The notes under the pieces were generated by a model, which ran no database searches, was not told where the DNA came from, and saw nothing but the letters and a program-made list of their open reading frames with translations. A stretch of 64,000 bases of DNA from Macrostomum lignano (Eukaryota): positions 124,001 to 188,000 of the forward strand of contig NIVC01000543.1 of the NCBI GenBank assembly GCA_002269645.1. The letters are read 5' to 3'. Every line of letters starts with the position of its first letter. Position 1 is the first letter of the stretch. Below are positions 45,161-55,896 of this stretch, in pieces. Made by a program: the position numbers and the translations under genes.

Positions 45161-46059
45161 TTACGCCGACTCAGCGGCCGCGACGCGTGACTAAATAGCA
45201 CAGAGCGGAGGGGGAGGCTGCCCTAAGCCCTGCACACATGCAGAGCACCAGCACCCCACCAACCCACCAAAGCGAGGCCAGGCCGGTGCGGGGGGGGGGT
45301 TTAAAACCAGTTAAAGTCAGATACCTGCCTCAAACTGACGTAATTAGGAAGTCTAGTACTAATGAATAATCTGCATTAAGATAATGAGGAGTCAAATAAG
45401 TTTCATGGGAAGAGAGCAGCTTACAAAATGTTGAAGCAGATTTTGGAAGTTGTCTTTAAGATCCAGAAGGAAGAGAATGGAGAATTAACAGACAACAAAC
45501 TAATAGTGCATAGAGACAACATGACATAGGTACCAAACTCAGCCAGAGAGCCAATAGACAAGGGAGGTCAGCCCAGTATGCCAACTGCAAAGCTTCAAGA
45601 TAAGGGAAGCCAGGTGGCAAAGGGAATTTGCAAGGGAAGCCAGCCCAAGAAGAAGACAAGAGCTAGACTGACTGAGAAGATATGTGAAAAAGAAAAAGAG
45701 TCATCATCATCAGATGAAAAAGACCAAATCAATTGGCAGTGCAAACTCCATGATGGAAATGAATCAGTAAGAGGAAATGATTTAGTTAGGAGTAGAAGTA
45801 GAAGTTAGGGAGGAAGGAAGCGAAGGAGAGAATACACAGCGTAAGAGCTCAGAGGAAGAAATTGAGGAAGATAGTGAGGAAAGTGAGAAGGGAGAGGAAT
45901 CAAAGCTTGGGCATGAGGGAGAAAGAGAAAGTGAGGAGGAGGTTGCACACAAGCACAGTGAGTCAAAGGAAGAGATATCGCATGCCAAGTAGAGTAAGGT
46001 ACAGGATGACGTAATACCAGCTAAAAGGTATACCGTGCAGTCAGACCAAGCCCCTAAAC

Positions 46060-46917
46060 TAGTGTTCCGCCATAAGGAAGGTCCATGTACCGTAGCCATA
46101 GCCGTAAGCAAAACTACGGCTTACTCTAATTTTCCGTATTCCGTAGCCGTAGTTTTAACAAAAAGTCTAAAAAACAAAATATTTTGAATCAAGAAATTAA
46201 TCTAGTGCTTAAACAACTGCAAATTAAATTAGAAAATAAAAGAAACACTTAATTGGGCCTTTTCATATTACCAATTCCAGAACCAGAATTGGTTTGGAAT
46301 TCCAAGAAAAACAGCAGTATAACTATTAAACTCTGTTAATATTTGACTGCCTTAACAACCTAACTTAGCACAATTTTTCACTTTCTTCTTGGCGATTGTC
46401 ATTCAATAATAAAAACTTTATAGCACGTATCTCCCTCTAGTTATGGAGACAAAAAGTTATACTTCACAAATTGGTTCTGGTTCTGGAACCAGAGCAAGCA
46501 ATATGAAAAGGCCTATTGTCTTTGTAAGATTGTATTTCATCTTTTTTCAAATGCAACAATACTTAGCCATTATTGAAAGTACTAACGCTAAACTTTTTTA
46601 CATTAATAAACTTTAGAGTTTGCTAGTATTTTATTGTACTTTTTTAGACATATTTTATAAGTTTCTAGGTTGATAATACAGTTTACTAAAAGTATCTTTG
46701 TTTTACTCTACCTGTTTCTAATATTTTTTCAATTTTTAACACTAATAACTATGGCTACGGGAATCTACACAATGTAACAGCAACTACCATATTTCTATAG
46801 TCATAGCCATAAGAGCAGCTAGCTACCGTAGGCGTATCCATAGGTGCTATAGGCACCTATTTTACCATATTTGCCATAGGATCCCATAGCCGTAGCTACG
46901 GCTACGGCGGAACACTA
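46060..46917. mobile_element. hAT-type non-autonomous element (MITE)
   Basis: Perfect 12-bp TIR TAGTGTTCCGCC; perfect 8-bp TSD CCCTAAAC (46052-46059, 46918-46925); CCGTAG subterminal repeats. Confidence 0.9.
46255..46514 (-). mobile_element. About 260-bp MITE, copy 2, nested in the hAT element
   Basis: Inverted copy of 15418-15678; flanked by ATT on both sides (3-bp TSD, Harbinger-like). Confidence 0.82.
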
Positions 46918-47325
46918 CCCTAAACAGATGCCAGTGCTATCTGAAAAGGCTAATCTCTGTATGGAGCCTATTAGAGGGACTAAATTTTTAAGTTAAGAAA
47001 GAATTGGTAGTGAGAGTAAGGCACAGAACAAGCAAACAAGTAGGATTTGATTGGGTAAGGGAAGGAAATTAGAACAGCCAATTAGAAGTCAGCTATTGGG
47101 AAGACCAGGAGTGGTCAGCTGGGAAATCAAGGTGATCAGCCAATGAAAATTTAGCTTTTGATTAAATGAGCTGATGGGCAAATTAAAACAAACAATGCCT
47201 AAGGTGCGGTGCCACGCCTATATAAACAAGCACTCAAGAGTGAGAGGAAGTCAATTATAGTCATTTTGATAGATAATTAAATCATTTTGGTCTGATTAAC
47301 TGTGTTAGACAGTAAAATCTCCATA

Positions 47326-48353
47326 ATGGAAGATACAATTGGTATTATGGTGGAAGATGATATCCTTAATAAGATCTTGGCTGATATTGAAGTAGATAGT
47401 ATAATAGAAGTAGAAGCAAGTGCGAGTGCATCAACAACAATGGTAACGTCAGACAACAATGCCATGATAGCACCAACAATGACAGTAATGTTAGATAGCA
47501 ACACCATGATGGCACCGACTATGGCGGAAGGCCAAGATCAGTCGGCTAGGCAGCTGAAGTCAGTGGTTATCAAGCGGATGGCTACAGAGGAAGAAAATGC
47601 CCAGGCAGCTAAACGGCCTACTCTGGGGAACCAGCCTTTGACGCTGTACGACCTAAAGGCCTAGGCCCAGCTGCTTAATGATCAAGCCAACAGGCCAGTG
47701 CCTGTGATCCTGGCCATAATGAAGTGGCAGCTACAGGGCACAAAGAGTGCAATCTGTCTCACTAGCCAATACTGGCCAATTCAGCCAAGGCCGCCTTCAG
47801 CAGCTAGCAAACGAGGGCAGCAGCCAGCAGCGGTAGCATCAGCAAATGGCGGGCAGTCGCCTATGATAGTGTTGGCAGCAGCCCCAATGCCACTAGCACC
47901 GTCCACGGTCCCAAAGCAGAGTCAGCAGCGGCCCCAAGATGTAGCAACACGAGGGTCAGCCAGCGCCACTTTAGCAGCTGCAGATCTCAGTTTGGGCACC
48001 AACTTTCTGGCTGTCCTTGACAAGATTCCAAGGGGATAACATGAGCAGATAAAGCATTTTGTCAAGATGTTGAAGGGGCACCTGATGCATATGGCCTATC
48101 TACACACTGATTGGCCCACACCATGCTAGTGCACTATTGTGCTTATTGGTATAGCAGTTTGATTTGGAATTGTGGATTGCAGCGTGGCACCAAACAGTGC
48201 AATATACACTGCACAACTTGGCTCAGGAAGGCCAAACATATCATTGCCTGCTTCTGCACATTGAAATTCATTGGATGGCAGATCAGCTTAGATGGCCATA
48301 CCACGACCAACTGCCAGACAAATTTGAGCTGGAGCGCAATTGGTGAACTTTAA
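47326..48353 (+). pseudogene. Decayed ORF of unknown product behind CCAAT/TATA-like elements, probably TE-derived
   Basis: The frame from ATG 47326 continues through TAG/TAA stops; it is rich in ATA/ATG codons; TATATAAA at 47219-47226; 42-bp internal duplication. Confidence 0.35.
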
Positions 48354-50995
48354 CTGCCTATATGAACATTTGCAAATTGCTTATTTTGTGAGCTAGCTAT
48401 GCATGATTATTTAATTTTTGTGACTTTTCTATGCACGCTTTTATAAAATTGATTCTTGTGTGAACCTGCTATACATGCTTTATCATTATGTCTACTTTGT
48501 GTGAATTGCTAATTACATGCCTATTTTTATTTGCTTTATACTTATCTTTGGTGAATATTATATACTTTTGTAAGCTTCAAACTTTGTGACCTAGGGCTTT
48601 TTTCTTGTTTATATTGATATTTTGCAAATTACATTTACTTTTCTTTGTGCTCAGTTCTTGATGCTTATGTATTGCTGTATTTTCCAGTATACGGAGCGAA
48701 GGCGTGAGGCACAAAGTGCCGAGCATGAGGAACAAACAGCCAGCCAATGCGCGAAGTGCATTGGGTGGTCTGGCTTGTGACGAATATAATAATATGAGAC
48801 GTGTGCATCGAAAAATTGACAAAAAAATCTCACAAAAACTGCTGTAACTTCAAAACTACAAGAGCGAATTTCACAAGTGAGGTGTCATTTTAAAGAGAAG
48901 AATCTGATCTATTTAACGAGTATAGTTTTGTATGAATTCACTGCGGAAAAAAGGAACAGGCTTCAGTTGAAATGTTTGTCTTAAGATTATGTCTTTACAA
49001 AAGTGCATTTCCTCATGCACATTAAAGCTTGAGCTAAAAATGTTTGATGGTTATAGGTGCGCCTTACTAAGATGCATAACATTATTGGGTTGTTTTTTTC
49101 AATTGTAACAAAAAGTTGGCACTTTGGTTGCAAAAAATGCAAAAATTGGGAATGTACTTTTACAGTTTTTTGAATTTTTTTCTATACTGCTTATAGTTAA
49201 GCATACATACTATGCACCAATCGATGTGCAATTCAAAGATACATAAGTGTGGAAATTTTCAATTCTTAAACATTTGAAATCAGGAAGTTATCGACAAAAG
49301 ACTAAAAACCATGATCTCAAACTGCTTTGAGGAAAAGTGCTCATTATAATTTTTGGAATATGGAAGAAACAATTCAACGCCGTCATTTAATTCCAAACTA
49401 ACTGTACTATAAGGTACTGCGATGATTTTTTATTGAAAGAGCTGTTTAAATATTTGAAAAAATGGAAAAAAGTGACCTTTTTCATAGAAATACACTCTTT
49501 TGACTGCTTAATCTGATTTCCAACAACAAAATAGTTACTTTCCTGCTGGTGCAAACTGTTATTAGGGTGAATTTTCAAAATTGCATACTGTGCCAAAAGT
49601 AAATTGAAGCTTAATATTTATAAACATTAGAAACGGGACCACTAATGGGTATTTTACTTTGGTTACTTACTATGGACTAAACTAGCACTGGCAGAGACAG
49701 ATTTGAAAGAAACTAATCACTCCATTGTATTTGGCTCCAGCGTTACAAATTACAATAGCTATTTTGGGGTCTAACCGGCTAAGTTATCAAAAAAGCTAGA
49801 TACCAATCACCAGTTTCACCATCAGCTATACCTACCACGATTTTAGTCACATGCAATGCAATAGTAATACCCTCCTTTAAAAATTTTCAATATCTAAAAT
49901 GATATGTTAAATTTCTTAAACAATTTCTTAAAATTCATAAACAGTGAAATTTTAGCTGGTTACGTGCTGGTGGTTTGAAAGAAGCTACTTTTGTGTGAAA
50001 ATACAGTCATTAATACCGTACCTATTATTGCATTTATTGTATATGACCTATGAAAGTTGAAGCGTAAATTGTACTTTTCTAATTTTATTTTGTCATTCGT
50101 TTGCGTACTCAGGCCAGCCTGCCTGCCTTGTGGGGTGTGGTGGCCTTGGCCACTTTCTCCCCCCCCCCCCTGTTAGGATCCAAACACACTTAAAAGCTTG
50201 CCTCAAGTGTACATTTAATATTATCGATCAATTATTTAAAACAAGCCTCTAGTGGTTGGTGTTGAGAGTGAGTGGCCTTGAGTGTACGCAAAAGCGAGAG
50301 GAAGCCCATGGGCGGACTATATGAACCTTTTTTGTGGAAAGTTGGGCCTTGTGTATTGCATAGTGTATGCTACACAAGACAGAAGGTAAAAGAAAAAGAG
50401 AACAACAGGCTAGCCAATAGTGATAGCATGTGCTTCTCTCCAGTCCACTATGGTAGGGGGGTGTCAGATGGCCCAACTCTAACCCCCATACCCAAAACAG
50501 CGTACATGTAGAATAAGAAGGGATTGGGTCCAGATAAGTCTTTCCAATGTACATGTATGTACAAACACTGACAAGAAAAATGGCTCTAAACCATTGTTAT
50601 TGCTACACTGTGTGTGTCTATTTTTATTAACTTGACTTTGTCTTTGACTTGTCTTTACTCTTCAGCAAATTAGCATGGTCAAGGATAATTACTGTTACTT
50701 CATACCAAATATACAATTAATTGCATAAGATTAAGAAGGAATAATACAATCGAAGTCGAACCCATGATCACTTGACCCACCCGGCACCCACCCATCACTT
50801 CTGATTCTGGCTGGCCTAGCTGCATGTATCTGCTATATATCCTGCCAGTTTCTCCAGTTTTATGAGTCTTGGGGACTCTTGGTGATTCGAGCAATTCCAT
50901 TACATTTTATCGATACTTTGCACAACTGCAGTGCGTCTATTAATGCTTAGCTACTTGTATTTGTGTTGTAGAACTTATGCCCGTAGTTTCCCTTC

Positions 50996-51780
50996 TAGGG
51001 ATGTCGACCCCGGGGCCGGGAGTGCTCCCGGGGAGCTTTTCGGGGAATACTCCCCAGGGAATTGGACCGGGGACCATGGGGAGAAAAAATATTTAAAAAT
51101 ACATTTGTAACTTAATTTTTGCCATTAAAATAAGAAAATGAATCACAGAAAGCTGATTGAAACTTTGTATATATGCTCTTTTACCGCATAACTGCTTATT
51201 TCAATGTATTACATGTATTTCAAACACAACACATGTTTGATTGTTTTTTTATTATTAGTCATTCAATCAAGCAAATTGCACATAGAAAGAAACCCATCAG
51301 GAAAAAGAAGCCTTACTTACTACTGTGTTGGTCTGCGTTGATGGCTTGACGCATTTGACGCAGGCGCAGCGCTGCGTTGTGCATCAGGCACTGACGCATA
51401 GCTGCATAAGGGGGGGTGTCATACATATCCCTATCTATTAGACAAGGACAAAATTGTGATTTACATATATCTGTAAGAAATAAAAATTCCGATTATAAAA
51501 ACATTCTCATTCATTAATTATCTTACAAGCGTAGCTGTTGAGCATGCATTCTGACAAATGCACCTTTCCGACACGATTTCGGGATGCCACGTTGTCAAAT
51601 AGTTTTAAAAAACATTGTTTAAAGTTTTTACCCTTGCACGCCTTGAATATGTAATACAAAGCTTAAATCAAAGTTTAAAAAATTCCACTTACAATCTAAG
51701 TTATCCGCCATTTTTACTTATTTTTTTTCTTTTCACCGGGGTTCCCAATAAGATAATTTCCTGGGGAATCGACATCCCCA
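50996..51780. mobile_element. hAT-type non-autonomous element (785 bp)
   Basis: TIR TAGGGATGTCGA / TCGACATCCCCA (1 mismatch); perfect 8-bp TSD TTCCCTTC (50988-50995, 51781-51788). Confidence 0.9.
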
Positions 51781-54700
51781 TTCCCTTCCTATAAATCATT
51801 TGACGTTAGAGGCATTTTACAACTCTTGCCTTACTTTATCTATTAGTAATTAGGTTAACTTTTATGTATGATACGACACAAAATATTAGGAGCATCAGCG
51901 TTAATAATGCCTTGGAAGTCCTTAAATAATTGATACAACACTAGGCATTATAAAATTCCAACCCCAAAGCTCACTGGGGCGAAAAGACTTTGTCTTCATT
52001 AACAGGGCAAAAAGAAATCTCATAGGATAGGAAGGATATCTAGTGTAATTTAGGAGAGCACACCTATCATACACTTTTCAAAGATAATAATTGATTTTTA
52101 CTTGAATAAAAGTTCAGACCAAACCATGCTAAATTTATAAATTGGCATATTATAGGCCTAATCCATTAAATCTATAGAGGGCATAGCCAAAGCCATATGC
52201 ATAGCTATAAATAATTTATAAAAACAGGCCTACCAATGGCAATGCCATGGCAAAGGCAAGGGCTTAGTTTATTTAGGACAAGCGATATAGGACATGTTAG
52301 ATAAAAATAACAAATACTTGAAATAGCAAAAGCAAAACTAGATTGTGCCTAAACTTATAAAGGATAGAGCATAAGCCTAGCCTTCATAGGAAGCCTATCA
52401 CCAGCACCACTGATTATGGCCTAGCATCACACTTATGTTAGGGGCCTACAGTATATGAAATTTGATTAAAAAGTAAAATTGTTCTACTTTTAGAAGAAAT
52501 AGGATGACACTTACTTCCATTTCGATTGTTGAATACAATTGTTAAAGTAGGGCAAATAAAGAGAACCTGCTGCGTAGATAGAATTTAGTGCGACGTCTTT
52601 AAAAACATAGTATAAATAGGCTGAATAGGCCTCTATTCCTACTTTGATTAGTTTAGCTCCGCGTTCAGTCCGGAAAATTTGAATTTTTAAGGCAACAAAC
52701 AAACGTTTCAGCAGTTTTTTTAAGTTAGTAAGTAATATCAGTCATTTAGGCTGAAATAAGGTCTGTAAATAGAAAAATCAACAAAATTTAAGTTTTTTTG
52801 CAAATAAAGACAACAACTTTTGATTTTTTCAAACTTCGTAAAAAGCAATTATTTAGCAAACTTGAAAACACATTTATTATTATTTATTATTGCAAATTGA
52901 AAAGTTCTAATTGTGAAAGCGTGCTTTTGGAAATTTTCCAATTTTTTGAAATTAGAATTCTAGTAAGAAAAAATGAATATAATTTAAAGGCAATGCCTAA
53001 GATGAAAAAACGCGTCATTGTACTTTTTCGGTTTGATGTAATGATGTTATGTCGTTATGGTGGCTTTTGTCGACGTTATGTACGCATTTATTTAATTTAT
53101 TTTAAGTAGTAGGGCTTATATAGTGTAAACATTTTTTAGATATGAAGCTTTACACCAGGCTGTAAAAGTAAATTGAAATGTTAAACATTTGTAACAATAT
53201 GGATTTTTGGTAGCCTTTGTTTGGCAAAAATAAATAAACTGCACATTGTCCTTGGCTTAGGCCTAGTGGATTTTTTGGATAATTAAAATGGAGCTGCTAC
53301 ACTAGTCTGTGTTTTAAATTGTTACTATTATTGTAGTACATTGCTAATATTAGTAGTAGGCCTAGTCATTCAGGCTTATTTCCAATAGCCAAGAAGAAGT
53401 TGGCCTTTCTAGTTAAATTTCAAAGAACATATTTTAGATAGGCCTAGGCTACCAATCAATAATCACTTTGGCAACAATTTTAGGCAAGTTTGGCAAATCT
53501 CCAAATATATAGATTATAGATTTAGCAAAAAATGTAGTTGTCACTTGGTTGCTTTAAATTTGAAATAAATTTCTATGTTCCAAATTAAAAAACATTTGTC
53601 CATTTGATCTATAGGCCTACTGAACTATATCCACTTGAATATAGTCTCAAAAAGGATTGGCAGTTAATATATTAGAGTGAGAAGAATATTTAATTCAGTT
53701 TTTGCGAAAAAATTAATTCAATAAAAAATTAAAGCTCCTTTTTTCCTCGCTAAACAGTTGTGTAAATACTTGTTTAAAAGGTGGTTGAAGCAAAAACATT
53801 TTATTAAAGTTAGACAATAATTTTGAATATATTTTGTCAATTGTCTCTGTTTCACATAGAGCCCAACTATGTAGGATAAGAAAAATCTTATTAGGCAAGA
53901 TTAGATAGGATTAAATTCATTAAAGTTGGGACTCAGAATTGGTCAAGATTGGGATCAAGGTCTACCATTGGCATCTAGGCTTATTTAGGTATAGGATGGC
54001 TAATGCTAAGGATGCATTTATTATAATATATAAGTATGTCTATTAGTCTTAATAGTCAAGTCATCCCAAGTGATATTACTACCATTATATTCTAATACTA
54101 TAACTTATAGTTTAGTGTAAGTTATTTATATTACTAAAGTATAAAGCCCAGATAAACTCAGGTTTTGGTCAAGTTGAGTAGTTAACCAAACTTTAGGGTT
54201 CAAGCTGAGTATTCAAGTCAAGTTTTATTGAGTAATCCAAGTAGAATAAAAAGCTAGTAATTACTGAATTTCAAACTTCAACTTTGCTCTATTTGACTAT
54301 TATCATATTTTTTGCACTAAACTTTATATTTTTCATTTTATTAGTGTTTCTAGTAATTATAGATTTTCAAATACTTTTAGCACAAAATCTTGCTTTTCAA
54401 TTACTTTTTATTTGTGTAAGTTAATTGATTCATTTAAGTAAACATATTCTAGGAAATCAGAATAACCTCAAACTGAATAAACAAATCAATTAGGCATATT
54501 TGCCTTATTTAGTCCTTTCAAAATTTCTTGTTGTTAAAGTCTTTGCCATTAAAATGTCTTATTGCCAAAGGGATTAGCATCCTTTTTAATCCAACGTATA
54601 AAGCAATAAAGAAATTAAAATTAAATAATGGTTCTTACTTCCTAAACACTTTGACATTTATTATTTTATCATTTAAAATTTTTAATAAAAAATGAATTAA

Positions 54701-54945
54701 CCTATTAGGCCAATCAATAGGGAAGATAAAATAATTTAATTTTGTCTGAATTTTTTTGACATTGTTATTATCTATTAATAGGTATTAATATAATAATAAG
54801 AGTTATTAAAGATAAGCTATTTAGCATTATTAGAGCTATATAGCTTTTTGATAATTTGACACTGAATATACTAAAATATGGCTATGGCTAATCAACTTAA
54901 TGTACTTAGCAGTATCCATTTGTTAGACCTATATTCTAATAAAAG

Positions 54946-55035
54946 TATATATATATATATATTATATATATATTATTATATATTATATATTATATATATT
55001 ATTATATATATATATATATAAATTATATATATAAA
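54946..55035. repeat. Degenerate (TA)n/(TAT)n tract
   Basis: Read directly. Confidence 0.8.
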
Positions 55036-55896
55036 CTGATATAGGAACTATAATATTCATTGATTTCTACTAATCTATTGCCAATAACTCAATGGTCCCA
55101 ATGGTCTTTCAAGTCTCAAGTGAGTGGTATTACTAGATATGAAAACTAGATATAAGAAATCTGTTTTTGTTCCTATATCTATATATATGCTTTGCTAACA
55201 AACCTCTATATTTATAACTTCTTGCAGCCATATCTGTAGCTAGGCAGAACACTTTGTCATGGCCACTTGCTACTTTGTTGCTTCAATAGAACTCAGAAGC
55301 TCTTAAAGCAACCTGCATAATAAAGGGCTAATTACAAAGAATTTAGGTATGTACTTTGTTGGCCTATCTTTTTATATAATTGCTTTTTCCTATATATATC
55401 TACTGTAAGTATTATCTATACTATACTGGTGCTAAATAAATATTCTGACATTTGTAATAGCTATATATACATGATAAGAAAAGGTATAAAAAGAGAGAGG
55501 AAAATTATCCTAAATATAAAATAAAGCCATATAAAGTATAGTTTGCATACAAAGTTAATGTAATTACTGATAAAAATAAAGTAAATTATCAATTTAAACA
55601 TTGAACATCAATATGTTAATTTATATTATTTAATAACATTCTAGTATTCTTAATAACTAGTGTTTAAGAATTATTAGTATTCTCAGTTTTCGGATGTCTT
55701 GCTTTGTATTTTATTTTAAATGCACAACCTGATTTTCAGCTGTCTTCGTCGCTCCTTTCTGGCTTCAGAAGTGTAGACCAAAGAAAGAGTTTGCAAGTAA
55801 AAATTGCAGTTTTTCTCTTCAGCTCTGTTCGCCATTTTTCATTATTGAGAACACTGACTTCCGCCTGATCTCAAGGGCGGAACCGCTGTTGATGCA

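Noticed and set aside
55729-55790. Candidate first ADH5 exon (…TKTAENQ|gt) head-to-head with the HMG gene
   Set aside because: An in-frame TGA occurs upstream with no ATG, and it would need a 12-kb intron.
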